From the IMG/VR virus record IMGVR_UViG_3300035498_000744, positions 64,001 to 114,142 of that record: 50,142 nt of DNA. One strand, written 5' to 3'. Position 1 is the first letter of the stretch. Every line of letters starts with the position of its first letter. Position numbers and translations under genes: made by a program. Positions 22,140 to 36,368 of this stretch are shown here, in pieces. The notes under the pieces were generated by a model. That model was not told where the DNA came from, did no database searches, and saw nothing but the letters and a program-made list of their open reading frames with translations. Source of the stretch: a virus.

Positions 22140-25100
22140 TTAACTCTTCTTTCTTTTTGCCCACTAAGAAGCGTCATTTACAATGCTAGCAAAGGCATCT
22201 TCAATTTCACTCGAAGAAGTAACATTCGGGAATTCAACGTGTTCAATGCGGATATTTTGCTCTAAAGTACCATTATTCAAAGTCGGACTACTAGAAGTCT
22301 AGAGAGCTGATGCCATAAGAGCGATTCCCGCAGATGCATTTCCGTCAAGAATTTTTTCAATCTAAGCGAATACATCAGTCCCTAAAGAACGAATAGTCTA
22401 AACTGCCGTCAAGATATTTTCTGTATCGCTCTTGTTTAATATTAGCTCTTTTTCGTCTAAGAAAGCTAATTTTTTGTCATTAAATTCTCCTGTATATCCC
22501 CCAGTATCAAATCCAACTACTTTGATCCACTCATCTCTGGAGATATCAGTAAAATACTTACCGTTAGATATTGTTCGATTAAGTAGTTTCTATGCGTCTG
22601 GGTCTCCAGCGTCTGCGCGTTGCAATAGAGCGTCTATGCGAGCTGTAGTTGCTTGGCCATATCCTGTATATCCAGAGGCAATCTTCTAATCTCGCAAAGC
22701 CATATAGTTTTTATACTCTTCACTATATCCAGCATTACCCTTGAGATATTCTTCATACATTAACATAGAATAATCAGTATTATCAGTAGTTTCATCGACC
22801 CCACTAGCAGTAGCATAATTAGTAGCAATATCGTTTGCGATACCGCCCATGCTTGAAGCAGCGGCTTTAGCATTCTTGGCTAGGGTTGCATATTCTGCAC
22901 TTAAGTCTTGAACAGTTCCCAGCAAATTCCTTAAAGAACTTTCTGCGTCTAAAGCGGCATCTCGAACTTCATCTGTGCTTGTCGCTACATTAGACGTATA
23001 CTCAGAGAGGTCATCCATAGAAGTTCCAGTTTTATCGGCAACTTCTTTAACTGAACCCTAATAATCCTACCAAGCTTCTTCTAACTCATCTAGTAGACTA
23101 TCTAATTTTTCTTTAAAGGTCTTAGAGTTACTAGTCATATCGTTTAGATCTTTTGCATAGGTATTATCAAACTAATCTACAAGCTTTGTGTTATCGCCTA
23201 CAATGTTCTAAAGAGTTTCGCTATCTGAGGTTAGCAAACTTATAATAGAAGAATCAGAATTCTTGATAATTTTTTGTATATCCTCGCTAGTTATTCCAGT
23301 AATATCAGAAACCTTATCTCCGGTAATGAGAGCATTGTCTATCAGACTCTAGTTTCCAGCATCTGTCATATCCTTTATTGCTATCTACTTTTCGTTTTCA
23401 AGATATTTGATTTTCTCATTATAGTATTCAGTTAGTTCGGTTAATTTAGCCTAAGCCTCTTCATAGGTCAAAGTGCCATCAGCCATCTATTGATAAATTT
23501 CACTGACTTCCTCTTCACAATCTTGCATTGTAGAGATTATCTCGCTTGACATTTCTTTAACTTGCTTTTTAGCGATATTGTACAAGTCATTGTTTGCGTC
23601 TAACAGATTTTGCTCAGCGTCGGCTATCGAATTAGCATCTGCGGTATATTGATAATTCCAGTTTCCTTGACTATCCCGCACAAGTCTTAATTGACTCTTA
23701 TCATTCTCTGCATCTTCTAGCGCCATCTAAGCTTGAAGAACTTTATATTGAGCTTCGAGAATATCTAAGTCATACTCAGACAAGGTATTTCCTTCTCTTC
23801 TGACATCTATCTACTCTTGTAACGCTTTTAATTGTTCTTTATATTTTGAGTTAGTAGTATCGTCAATATCAGCCTAGAGTTTATTATACCAAGAAGAAAC
23901 TTCATAAGCCTCATTAACCTTATCTAGATAACGCTCTTCTTCTTCAATATAATGGTCGTACTTTTCGGATAGTAAATCTAGCCCCAGCCCCCCAGAAATC
24001 GCTTTATCATAATCATCAATTAATTTTTCAATGGCAGTTGTATATATCTCTTGAGTGGTCTCCATCGCCTCTTGAGCCTTCTCGAGTAGTTCCTCTTGAG
24101 TTGAATTGTATTCTTCAAGCAACGCATCTCGGTTTGCTTTAAGAGTATCATAGGCTGCGTCGGTTTCTTCAACTCCTACCAAATTCGCTTCTGCTTCTGC
24201 AAGCAACTCGCCCAAGTTTTCATATTTAGCTTTTAATACCTAGCCTTCAGCAATTTGCGCATTAAGTTTCTCCTAAGCAACTTTCTAAAGAGTATTATAA
24301 CCTTGAGTAGTCTTATAAGTTACCCCTTGTAGAGCATAAAGTTCTTTAATACTGCTAAGGACAGTCTAATTATGTTCAAGCTAATCTGTAAACTTAGCAT
24401 ATCTCTAAGAAGCCGCATCAAGAGCATCACTAAACATAGTTTCAAGAGACTCCGCATAATCTATTAACTCTTCTGCGGTAGAAATTGCCTAACTTTGAAG
24501 ATCTTTTAAACTATCTTGAATACGTTCTTTATCAGCCTAATTTGTAGCTTTTGCCCACTGCTCCATTAAATCATTATAGTTCTCTTGATAAGTTTCTAGC
24601 TTACTAATGTCGATTTGTGCCATCTCATAGCTTATCTAAGCAGACTATATTCCATGAGTAAGCTCATCGCCATAGGATTCCGCAATTTCTTTACTAAGCT
24701 ATTTAGCTTGCTTCTTTAAGTCTTTAACTGAAATAGTAACTTCCAGTTTATAATCAATAGCGTCAAGAGCTTTGTCAGCCTATTTCCGAAGATTCTCTTC
24801 CATATTATCTTGAACATCACGCATTTCATCTATATCATCTTCGTAGGTGTCCAAAAGCTTAATCTCATTCTCATATTTCTCTTTAGCCGTATCGACATTC
24901 TCTTTCAGAAGTTCCATTATTTCTTCTGAGGAGCCTGCGTCGATGGCTGCGTTGTAGCTCTCTACCGCTTCTTCTACAGCCCTATAACTCTATAACCGCA
25001 AATTGTTATAGCTAAATAATTCTCCATTTTCAGCAAATATATCTTCACCAAAAACTTGAATGAGAGCTGCTTTATCTTCAGTTAAATGCTAATTTACAAA

Positions 25101-28100
25101 GTTTAATTTATCCTAATAATTAGAATATTGCTTAGAAAGAGCTTCAATTTCTGCTTCATATCCTTTAACTTTATCTAAGCCAAAAGCTCGCTCCGTATTT
25201 TCTTCAAGATCTTCTAAAAGATCGTTCTGCCTCTCGATTTGGCGATTAACTTCGTGGTAGCGATCAATTATATCATCTAGAGTATCTAAATCTTCTTTAT
25301 CATATGTTTTAGTAGAGCCAGAGGAGCCAGAATCACTATCTGTATCGCTTAAAGTAGCAGCACTAAGAAGCTTGGATACCGCAGCTTTATTAGCGGCAAT
25401 CGAAGCATTAAGAGAATCTATATATTCACTTATTTGCCTCTTAGCGGCCCTTCCTATCGCTTTAGACTCATCTTTAGTATAATCCTATGTTTTGATTTTC
25501 TAGTTCTTATACTTATCTAGATTATAACCGTGTAAATCCCACTCAGAGTCTTCTTCGTTTATTTTGTTTAAATCTGGCCCAAGGTCTTCGATAAAACCTT
25601 CAAGGAGTTCTATATCTTTGCTAGTTACATCCGCTAAGCTAGAAGCGACAGAGCTGATTTTTGCAGTGCCACCCCAAGTAGTATCTCCAATATGCTGAAT
25701 TTCTTGACTTGCAGTATAAGCCGCAGACCTAATCTTCTCCATATTTTCGAGAACAGAAGTGGTGCCTTGCGCAATATTGTTTGCCATTCCCGTAGCGCCT
25801 TGCCCAGCATAATCCTCGATATTATCATATAGAGTCGCCCAATTAGTATTAGAAGTTGCGAGTAGATTGACTTCATCTTCTAGCATATCGCCATTATTTA
25901 GAGCTTGAGCATCCCTGTAGCTAGATAATAATTGTTCCTTTTCGGTATTGGTCAAGCTACTAATTAAAAGATCTCCAGATGCTAAATCTTCCGCGATCTT
26001 TAAACTAGCTTCTGCGGATGCTTTTTCGGCTTCTAATTGGGCGATATTGTCATTTAAAATACCAGCCTTAGTCTTTGCATCAATAGCCAAGATACCATTT
26101 GATGTATCAAAATACCGTTGATAAATTTCATCAGTTAACTCAAAGGTACCATCTTCTAATAACTTTGCCGTAGACATAAAACCAGAATAGACAGACTCTA
26201 TAGCTTTAGCAGATTCAAGACTTACGGACCAAACTTGCTCTCCTGCTGAATTAGTAACCTAAGTAACCCCCGAATCAATAGCATCAAAGACAGAAACAAG
26301 ATCATCTACAGAATTTTCTATCTAGGTTAACTGATTCTAATAATTAAGCTTGGCATTAACAGTAATATTATATTCAGCACTCTCGATCTTATCCTAAAGG
26401 TCATTTACTGCGCTTTCTTTTGCTTCTACTTTCGAGATTACTAAATCTGCGTCTTCTATACCCTCTTCTATCGCGTTAGAAGATCCATTAGAAAGCTCTT
26501 TGAACAAGTCTTGCCAGTCTTTGTGACTGATTTCCTGTATGACACTTGCGATTTCCTCCGAAAGAGTAAATTCTTCGCCGTTTCTTATAGCTTCTTGATA
26601 GTCTTCGTAAGCCTATTTTGCTAGTCCCCAAGCTTCTTTATCTTGTTCAGCTTGAGTATACTCCTCAGAACTTTTATCTTGTTCTAAGTCAGCTTGCGCG
26701 TCTGCTAATTGTTGCTATAAAATTTCGAGTTGAGCGACGCTACCTTCAGCAATACCCTCATAAGAACGATTAATTAAATCCTATAAGTAAGCTTTTTGTT
26801 CAACAACAGAGCGAGAAAGAAAATCTTCAAAAGAAATGATTCCCTCTTCGGCGTTACCCCAATCAAAACTACTCGCTAGCTCAGCTAGGCTCTCTGAAGT
26901 AAAAGTTCCATCTCCAAGGGCGTCTAAAGCAGCTTGCGCGGACGCTAGCTTATTAGTGGCATTAGTAGTACCTTCTAGTGCTTCCTAGTAAGCTGCGGCA
27001 TTTTTATAAGCATTCTTAAAATTACTGGCAGTTAAAGTTGCCCAATTCATAGAGGCTAGAACTGAGGCATCATACTTATCATCGCTAAAATAATCATCAA
27101 CCGAGCCTTTTAGCTCTTCATCGGTGATAATATCTTTGACGTCTTTAACCGCATTATAGATATCATTAAACTTAGATACCGTGCTCCCGCTAGCTACGGC
27201 CGCAATTATATTAGATATTTCTTCTTCCGAGCGGCCCTATTTAGCAAGATTTTCAGTTACTTGATTTACCCAATCAGCATAATCTTCATAGGTGCTAATT
27301 CCCTAAAAGCTCTCACCTCGCTCAAGATTGAGAACATCCTAACTTTCTTGAAGCTCTTTATAAGTTTCTACCGTGTCAGTTAAATTGTCTCTCCAAGCTA
27401 CGGCTTTCTGATATATCCCAGATTCAGAGAGCTCTATTGCCGACATAGAAGATACCATTTCATCTATTGCCGCATTAACCTGATCATAAAGTTCTACCAA
27501 TTCATCAGGGTTCGACTTATCAACAGCAAACTAAAATGTATCAGTCGAAAGTCCATTAGAAGTCACATAATTGCTACTAACATTCTTCTATAAGGCTTCA
27601 TAAGCTTTTGATTCTTCAGCCCCAGAACCACTAAATGAGCCCCTGTACGTTCCGCCAATTATGCCATAATTTATGCCCTCTTTTGCGGTAGACCACATCT
27701 ACTCGCCTGCGGCGTTTATCGCGGTATCAATGGCATCTTGTTCATTCGCAATGGCTTTTTCTTGAGCGCCTTTAGCTTTATTTAAAACCGCAACATAATC
27801 ATCATAATTTCCACTAAGTTTAGCTAGAGCGGCTCCTTCGATCTAGTAAGCTTCAGCGAGATTACGAGTAGCTTCATCCAAAGCATCTTTATTTTCCCCA
27901 CTCTCTTGGTAAGATTCAAGAGCTTCCTACATAGAAGTTAAAAGTTGCTTATTAGATTCTACTTCTTCTTGCGCGGCTTTGGCGGCATTAATCTAGGCCT
28001 AATATGCTTTTTCGGCAGCTTCACGTTGCTTCTCAACTACTTTAGATATTACAGTATATAAAGTAGTTAAAACTGTTATTCCTATTGTTGTGGTACTAGC

Positions 28101-30821
28101 AAGATTCTTAAGGGAAGAACCTAATAAGTTGGTAGAGGTAGCGGCAGCCTCGTTTCCAGAAATCGTAAAAGCTAAAGTTTTTCCCAAGAGATTAAATGCT
28201 ACTTGATCCGCTTTAGCTTGAATTCCAGTTTCTTCAAAGAATCTATTTAATGACGACTATGATTGGATTAAAGGGGGAATTACCATAGTTAACGCAGTAA
28301 TGCCCTAAATTAATTTTTCTGCTGTAGTTAGATCATCTGCATCAAAAAGGCTCCCTAATGTCTTAATACCATTAAATGCCACACTCAAAGAAGACAAAGC
28401 TTGAATAGCTTCTGTGGTTTTACTAGCAAAGTCCTTTACCCGCAAAGAACCAGTAACTAAACCTTCGCTTTCTTCATTAATTCTCTTGGTTGCGGCTTCA
28501 GTACTTTGAGATAGTCCTTCCTCTGCCATCGCGGCTCTTCGCGTTTCCTAGTCAAAGTTTTCTATATTGTCAGAAAATTTATCTGGTAGTATATACTTAA
28601 GAACCTCTTTTACCGCTTCTATCTTTTTTTCTGTCTCAGCAGAGGCCTCACTTAACTAGTTAAACTTTGACGTCGCTTCGTCGATAGAAGTAACATCACT
28701 AAATTCTTTTATACTCTATAATGCTTTTAAGCTTTTCTCGTCTATCGTCCCAAATGTATTTTCAAGTTCTTGATAAGCACTTAGGCTACTCTCTTGGACC
28801 CCGGCCTCTGATGATAATTTCTTAAGACTATTAGCTAAGTTGCTAATTATAGTAGGTAATTTAGCATTTTCAGTGAAGATTGATGTATCTTCAAGCAAGT
28901 CCTGGACATTTTGTTTTTCACTTCCGCTAACAAAAGAACGAACTTTAGTAGCATTTATACCCCTTTTGCCTCTAGTTGATTTTAAGCTAAATTCCGCCTA
29001 GTCTGCTAATTCCTAAGCGCTTTTTTTCTAGTCCGCGTAAAGCTAAGCTTGAGTCTCAAGATTCTTAATTCTCTATAAGTCTTTTTCGATTATAGCCTTA
29101 GTAGACTCATCTAAACTCAAAGATTGCTTATTTATTTCTGCCTCAAGAGACATTTCTTGTTGTTTTAGCTCAAGAATCCGGTTTTGGTCAGCATTAATAT
29201 CCTTAAGACCATTCATACTAATAACAAGATCTGCCGCTTGTTCTTGAGTGGCAATGGCTTGCTGCTATGCCTCTTTAGTAACGAAACTTAAACTAGTTGC
29301 AACGTCTCTAATCGACTAAGACATTTTATTTCCAAATGCCTTGGACATTAAAGCAGCGCTGATAGAAAAAACGCCCTGCATACCACCGGCCGCATCTATA
29401 ACATTAGCAATGCCAGAGAGGATAGGCGTAAAAATATTATCTAGATTAATAAAGAAATCTTCGTTGATTAAGCTATCATAAATGTCTTCACTTGCGGCAG
29501 TCACTCTATCGCGAGCAGCTTCCCAAGATTCAGCGTAAATATTAGCTTGCTTTTGAAGAGTCCCCTCAGAAGCATAGGCAGTTTTTAGATTATTTTGGAA
29601 ATCACTCCAATTATTCATGAGGGCCATAAGCTAGGTATATTGTCTCGTTCCAGCTACAGTCTGGGCTAAAGCAACCTACTGAGAAGAAGAAATTTCTCCC
29701 CATTTCTAACCCAACTCATCAAGAATATTGTCCATATCTTTGAGCTCTCCATTAGCATCAATGATATTGACTCCAACTTGATATAAAGCCTTAGAATATG
29801 TATCTAATGTGACTCCATCATCTAAGGTTTCCCCAAGACTTAAATCTTGAATACGCGCGAACAGTGTCTTGAAGGCTGTACCTACTACGTCAGCTGACTG
29901 CCGCGTAGTAGCAGTAACAGTAGCCAATGCAGAAGTAGCATACTCATAACTTAAGCCTACTGATTCACCGATCGCCGCAAACTTTTCAAGTCCTTCAGCA
30001 ATCTCTTGAGAACTAGATGCGGTCGTAGCACCTAATGCAGTCATAACATCTACATAATATTCTAGACTTTTGCTACCGTCATCAAAGTTATTCCATACAG
30101 CAGTTAGCTACTCAGAGGCGGTTTCCGCAGACTAAGCAGATACATTGGCAAACTTAATAGTCGCTTCAGTTCTCTCTTGCACAGCTTCGTCATCCAAGCC
30201 CTACTGAAAATAAATCAAGGATGCGTCTGTATAATCAGTAGTTGTAGTACTCAAAGACTAAGCAGCTTTGTTTGCCTATTCAGCGAATGCCGCCATATCT
30301 TCAGCAGACTTCTAAGTAACTATACGTATACTATTAAGCGACTCATTTAAATCTTGAGTATACCCATAAGCATGGGAAACTGCACTAGTAAACCCTTGCA
30401 GCATACTAGAGGTTAATTGCCACCTCATAGTATTCTTCATCGTTGTCCACAAGGAATCCATAAGCTTGTTAGTCCGCATTAAAGGCATTTCCGCAGAAGT
30501 GATAGCCTCAGCCACTTGCATAAAAGCCTATTCACCATCGGGCCCCAGCATACTCAACTAATAAGCATAATCTTCAAGGTTTTTCCCGCTCGCCTTAAGA
30601 TTATCATTAAACATAGACAGATCAAACTTGCCAGTGCTTTCATTTACCGCACTTTTAATATTATCAGCTAGTTCTAAAGCTGTCGCAGAAGTTTTTGACA
30701 AAGCAATCTGAGGAGCTGTACTAAGCTTATTTAGAGACTCTAAAGCTCGCTTCATCTAAGTTTCAAACTAGCTAGTATCAGCAGTAATACCAATTTGATA
30801 AGTATACTTCTTCCCCGCCAT
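22140..30821 (-). CDS. Tape-measure protein (about 2893 aa)
   Basis: RBS AAAGGAGAGG then ATG 30821. Eleven ORF-track pieces from 30755 down to 22686 share one frame. Codon-checked 30821–30750, 26400–26178 and 22686–22140 with only TAG interruptions. Alpha-helical, A/E/K/L/Q-rich. Ends TAA at 22140-22142. Confidence 0.6.
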
Positions 30822-30854
30822 ATTACCTTCCTCTCCTTTAGCTCAATATAAAAA

Positions 30855-30885
30855 GGGACTTGAGAATTAAAATCTCAAGTCCCAT
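30855..30885 (-). terminator. Hairpin (11-bp stem plus a U-run) between the chaperone and tape-measure genes
   Basis: GGGACTTGAGA...TCTCAAGTCCC followed by TTTTATATT on the minus strand. Confidence 0.4.
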
Positions 30886-30918
30886 TCTCTAATTATATTT
30901 AAAAATCAAATGGTTAGA

Positions 30919-31500
30919 TTAACCGTTTTTAACCACATCTAGTACCTTACCCATAGCTTTAGTAGCATCATCGCTCTTTATTTTATCCAAGATATTGTTT
31001 AACTGTTCATCAAGATTTTCGGCGCTATCAGACATATTATTGATAATACCAGCAGCAGATGAATTATAGCGAGATATATCTGCTATTGTATCTTCCACAA
31101 GATCTTCCATAAAATCAATCTCATCTTGAGGTATTGCATTTCTAATTAAGTCTACAACGCCATTCATCTCAAGAGCATCATAAACATGACTAACATCTTC
31201 CATATTAATGTCAATACCTCCATACCATTGGCAAATAGCAAGAGCAAAGTAAACATTAACGCGTAGAGGACTAAAACAACCAGTCGTTTGATCTAGTGCA
31301 TTATTGATTACGAAATCAAGAACAGCTTCTTTTTCTTTAATAGGTAAGTATTTACGGACTTCGAGAATCAACGTGTCGTTAATCTTAACTTGTTGAGTAA
31401 TCTCTTCGGTGGGTAGTTGCAGATCTTCAAAAGAACTCATATTATTAACCTCCTTCATCTTATTTATTATATCAAATTTTTTCTGTTTAATCAAAATCAT
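30919..31500 (-). CDS. Acidic tail-assembly chaperone (gpG-like)
   Basis: Position is between the tail-tube region and the tape-measure gene. Acidic composition. Alternative start at ATG 31440 has a strong AAGGAGGT RBS. The 31500 start is ATGA-coupled to the upstream gene. Confidence 0.5.
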   Translation of the reverse strand: MILIKQKKFDIINKMKEVNNMSSFEDLQLPTEEITQQVKINDTLILEVRKYLPIKEKEAVLDFVINNALDQTTGCFSPLRVNVYFALAICQWYGGIDINMEDVSHVYDALEMNGVVDLIRNAIPQDEIDFMEDLVEDTIADISRYNSSAAGIINNMSDSAENLDEQLNNILDKIKSDDATKAMGKVLDVVKNG

Positions 31501-32952
31501 TTTGCAAGTTCATATAGATTTCTTCCATTTAGTTTAACTGTCAAGTATAGATTAGTTACCGCTTCTTGTCTTACCTTATCACTTCGAGTAAACGCCATAA
31601 CCGCATCCCTCTTCCTATACGTTGTCGATTTCTTCTCGCCTGAAGCATCTATCCAGTCATTATGAAAATTAAATTTTGTTGAAACATATTTATTTATAGC
31701 TTCTGGATTCGCTTCAAAAATATTAGATACTTGATTTAGGATAGAAATAATTGGAATCGGACGCCCGCTAACTACCAAACAATCTGCAATATCAAATGTC
31801 CCGCTCTTCCCTAATTTTGTTCCACCGCCGGCAAGAAACTAATCAAAATATTTAGCGATAACTCCCCTCGAAATCATCCTGTACTCCCCAGAATTAGAAT
31901 TCGCCCATACAAGCGTATTTAAGGCAGCATTGTCCATTGGAATTCGAGGAGAATCAAAGACTGATTGGACTAAATTCCATGCCTTTACCGTATCAAATAT
32001 CTTAATTCCATCAAATGAGTTTTTGTTGTTTTTGTCATATTTCCAATTACCAGACGAGTCTACCACACTAGCAGAGGCTTTTAAACTTAAACCCTACTAT
32101 ACTACAAATTCATTATCATTTATTTTTACAGTATATTCTATCACAGTATCTGGTTTGGCCATAGTAGAAATAGTCTAATTAGCAATTTGCTACGGAGTTT
32201 CAGCGCCAGTTGAAATCACCTTTACGTTTTTAATATTTGAAAACTACTTGCTCACAGCCATTGCCGCTTTTGTTGCCATAAAATTCGTAGTAGCCTCATT
32301 CAAAAAACCTAGCTACGAGGCAAAGCGCTACTGAGCAGGGTACGGTTTTATAGTTGGATCATTTTTAATCTTGTCCACAATAGATTGCAACTTCTAAAAT
32401 TGCTACTCGGCCTTTTCCATATTGACTTTTAGTCCCTCGATCATTTCAGGACTTTCTAATGCTAAAAAATTAATTTTATCTTCGCTAGAAAGAGAAGTAT
32501 ACTATTGTCTTAACTTATTCACTTCTTGTTCTATATTATTAATAGCCTAGGTTCTTTTATCGCTATTAAGTTGCCAGCATAATCCTGATATTTTTTTTAA
32601 TGCAGTCGCTACAGAATCTCCTCCAAATTCATTCTATATAGATAAATTATTTACAATATAATTAACCCATTCTTCTTGCTCTTTGGTATAATATTCACCC
32701 GTAATAAGATTTCTTAACTCGGAGTCTAATATTGACTATCGTCTCTCAGTATATCTATTTAAGATATTTTTTCCATAGTCATTTATAACATCCTGTTTCT
32801 AGAAGATAAGATCCGTAGTTAAAGATTTGATTTTTTCATATCCTTCTTTGGTACCTCTAACATATACAATTCTATTTATGCCATAAGTAGGCGGTGCCTA
32901 GACTGATTTCATTGTTTCCGCATTTTTCCTGAAGGCTATCCCGGCCATTCTT
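31497..32952 (-). CDS. Tail structural protein (about 484 aa; many TAG)
   Basis: RBS GGAGGGG then ATG 32952. Hand translation joins with ORF-track pieces 31839..32066 and 31497..31778. Ends TGA. Confidence 0.45.
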
Positions 32953-32975
32953 AATCATCCCCTCCACAAAACAAA

Positions 32976-33005
32976 AAAAGGGAGAGACGCATGTCTCTCC
33001 CTTAG
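32976..33005 (-). terminator. Strong intrinsic terminator downstream of the major tail gene
   Basis: GGGAGAGAC-GCAT-GTCTCTCCC followed on the minus strand by a T7 run. Confidence 0.6.
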
Positions 33006-33093
33006 TCCTCTTCCTCATCGGAGAGAGGTTCCTCATTAATGAGTTCGTCCTTTTGATTATTCTCCTAGGACGATTCGGAGATTAGACGTTTCC

Positions 33094-34080
33094 CTAGCTA
33101 GCTTCAGTCTTACAATTATCTCGATATTCAGTTTCGCCAGCATCACTTACGCTATCATCAATAATCTGAATAGCAGCTAGAACCTTCTTAGTCTTATCAA
33201 ACTTAGTATAATCGGGGAAGGTATCGACCACGAAATTGAAAGTTGAAGGATCGCCAGTAGAAGCCATAGAAACCGTAAAGTTAGACTGCACCTTACCTTT
33301 CGGAATAATAACTTCAGCAGGCATATCATATCCGTCGGACTCACGACGATACAGAGTAGACCCTTCGATATAGAAGTAAGTGCTCAAAATCTCAGGCGTA
33401 ATCTCAATTTGCCAGACCTTGCTAGTCTTCAGAACATAGTAATCAACAAGAACGATATCGCCAGCCTTAAAATGAGGATGAGCGCCAACCACAGCGCCAC
33501 TTTCTTGGCTACCGCAGCAAACAATAGTGGTCTTACCATCCTCAATAGTTACAGTGCGAGGTACACAAGGCTCGACTTCTACCTCGCCAGAATCATCAAG
33601 CTTCATAACATAGATATCTGCTTCAGCATGATAATTATCCTTCTCTTCTTGCTCAGTAACATGATTAGCACCACGGCCACCATTCCAACATACGGTTTCA
33701 GGTAGTTCAATAGTCTCATCAGCAGTAGCTTCAACTTGAGAAGTCATATGCACATACATTGGTTTAATATAGCCTTCAGAATCTGCGGTTTCCCCTGCCT
33801 CAGAGAGCATAGCGCCTGCCAGAACAGAGAAGCTTTCTGGGGTTAGAAGAGCATCTTCCATGTTCAAAGTTAGCGTGCGGTCACCATCCCAAGCTAGCAA
33901 ACGCGCATTACCGCGGCCTCCCTAAGCGTAAACCGTAGAAACAGCACCCTCGAGAGAAGAGGTCTTCAAGGTCTCAAAGTGCAGTACTGGATCATTCTTA
34001 TAGAAAGTACGAGACCCCAGCTTAAAAGTAGACTTAGTCTTAAAAACTGCATCCACGATTTCGCGGCTACCAAATCTCAT
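33094..34080 (-). CDS. Putative major tail (tube) protein (328 aa)
   Basis: RBS AAGGAGGA then ATG 34080, one TAG, TAA stop. Followed by the strongest terminator in the operon. Family assignment by recall only. Confidence 0.45.
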
Positions 34081-34092
34081 ATTATTTCCTCC

Positions 34093-34818
34093 TTAATTAT
34101 TGTTATGGATATTTCTCATCCAAGATTCCACTTGCTTATCAGGTTTGCCTCCTGCGAGTCTTACACGCAAGTCAGCGTCCCACTCAACAAATGCATTATA
34201 TCTTTCCATCAAGTCAAATAACTGATACAAATTTAGATTAAGACAATCATTAATTGTCAATGAATTAGTACCAATAGTCAAGATAGATATATATCGTGTT
34301 AAAACACTTTCATTTTCACCTTTGTTCTTAATAGTAGCTACTTTTTGTCTTCCCTTTAAAATTTTATCCGCTATTCTTTTAGCAGCTTCATTTGCAGGTT
34401 TATAAATCACATTATCGCCCTAAAAAAGATTATGTACACAAAGAACCTCTCTCGCAACTGATTGAAATAAATCAAAATTGTTCCCATCAATCATAACCGG
34501 TTCTCCACCCTCTGGCGCAGATAAAATAATCGAATTTCTAGTTATCATTGCTACTCGATCAGGAAACAAAAGCTTGAGAAGCATAATTAAATGGTTCTTC
34601 TTCTCTTTGTCTTTTGATTGTTCTAACACTTTCATTAATACTTGAAAATTGTTCATGCCGGACAAAAGAGTTTCGTCCTATACTAAAGATTCCTTCTCTA
34701 AACAGAGATATTGTACAGCAGAAAAAAACTCTTGCTCTCCCATATAGGCAATTTCTTTTATAACAGGTGGGTGTACTGTAATCTATAGCTCAGGAACTGG
34801 GATATCAATTCCTGCCAT
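34093..34818 (-). CDS. Hypothetical morphogenesis protein (about 241 aa)
   Basis: Frame continuity through TAG links ORF-track 34420..34665 and 34093..34410. Ends TAA. Confidence 0.4.
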
Positions 34819-34834
34819 CAAAGCAAGGCCATAA

Positions 34835-35371
34835 TCAATCAAGCGGATTCACCTTATCTTCATTGCCTCTCACCGCAAGATAACGCAAAGTAATACCGCC
34901 AAAATCATCGTCATAAATATCTTGGCTCGCAGAAATAAATTGCAGTACCCCTATACCGGTTAAATGCTAACCATCAAGCATAGAATCAATTTCTCCTGCA
35001 ATGCGATAGGGTCTTAATTCATATCCATCCAGATTCCAAACCTCAAAATTACAAATGATTTTTATTTCAACGATATGGTCCCGGTAAAAAGTATTTGACG
35101 TATTTGGGACAAAAGAATCATATGTTATTCGCAAATAAGTTTTTAAATCTTTGTCAATATAAACCTTTGGCACATTAGATATCTACTTAGATTTAAACAT
35201 CTCTCTAATTTCATCTGAAGACAGTTCTGGTCTAGACTCCCAATCTTGAGTGGTATAGCGCAATAATTTTAACACTTTCTTATTACTTAAAATTTTATTT
35301 ATAATTAAAGAAGTGTCCTTAGCAATACCCAGAAAGCTACTTTTAGGAAATTCATAAAAATTATTTTTCAT
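34835..35371 (-). CDS. Hypothetical morphogenesis protein (about 178 aa)
   Basis: ORF-track 35183..35371 and 34967..35173 joined through TAG; TGA at 34835-34837. Confidence 0.4.
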
Positions 35372-35384
35372 GTTTTATTCCCCC

Positions 35385-36368
35385 TCAAAACAAAGATTCT
35401 ACGACAATAACCTTTTCTAAAACTTTATCTCCACTAGTCTAATATAGAGTAAACTAGCCATGAGTCGATTTATTCCAGATTATCTTAACCGAATGCCCAT
35501 CAATAGGATAAATAGATACTGGAGTGTTTTTATCTACATTCCATTCTCCTTCTTCCTCTGAGGTATAAATCTCTGCAATCTTGGGCTTAATAAAAGTATT
35601 ACCTTTTATTTCGCTTTCTGGGGTAGGATCAACTGGCTTAATAAGCAAACCATTTTTTATCTCTGTTTCAAGATCGTCATTATCTCTATCGACATAATAT
35701 TCTTCAGCATTAACCTCAATAATATTTTTCATACTTATAGTATCTGGAGCTTCAACTCTCCAACACTTACCGGCAAAAATAAACTCTCTATATCTATCAA
35801 AAGCAAAAAGAGTTTTTTCATTCCTAGGCAAAAGAATATTCAAGCTTAAATTAGGCTTATCTATTCTTACCTAATTTTTTTGAATAGAATCTATCTAGGT
35901 TTCTACCGGACCACGAATCGCAGCCCAAGTAGTGTAGGCATTGCCATCCTCATCTAGAAAATTAATCTAATAACGACAACGCCTTATTTCCCCTCTAAAA
36001 TAAGCATCTTCCGTAATCTCTTGAAGATAAATTAACCAATAAGTATCAGTCTTCTTCCATTCAAAGACATCCCCTGGCTCTAAACCAGCTTGGTAATCAA
36101 TAGAAAGAATCTTGTCATCGTAATCTTGCTTAACCTTATCAGGATTAATAAGTGCGCGAACCTCAGGTATGTTGCGCTTACAATCATGTTTTGTAGCATC
36201 GACCGCAAGAACCTCGCTATTCTTTTGAACAAGTTCTATTGAACAAGCTTGATACGAATATTTTAAAGCCTATTGAAAAGTCCGCCACTTATCTTTAATC
36301 ATGCGGTCTTCTTGTCTTACTCCGCCTTGAAATTCAAAACGCTTCCTCATCATTTCAAGATTATTCAT
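35385..36368 (-). CDS. Hypothetical head-tail joining or tail-completion protein (about 327 aa)
   Basis: ATG overlaps the upstream stop. Contains ORF-track 35454..35843. TGA at 35385-35387. Confidence 0.4.

Noticed and set aside
25634-25876. Second minus-strand ORF nested in the tape-measure region
   Set aside because: It is an alternative frame of the same strand inside a continuous, homology-consistent tape-measure frame. Frame artefact.
30756-30918. Programmed -1 frameshift (G/GT) extension of the chaperone gene
   Set aside because: No slippery heptamer or extended overlapping frame identified. The gap instead holds a hairpin and the tape-measure RBS.
34093-35371. Single 425-aa gene spanning 34093..35371
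   Set aside because: The ORF-track fragments lie in two different frames. Codon-level reading resolves two genes, 34835..35371 and 34093..34818.
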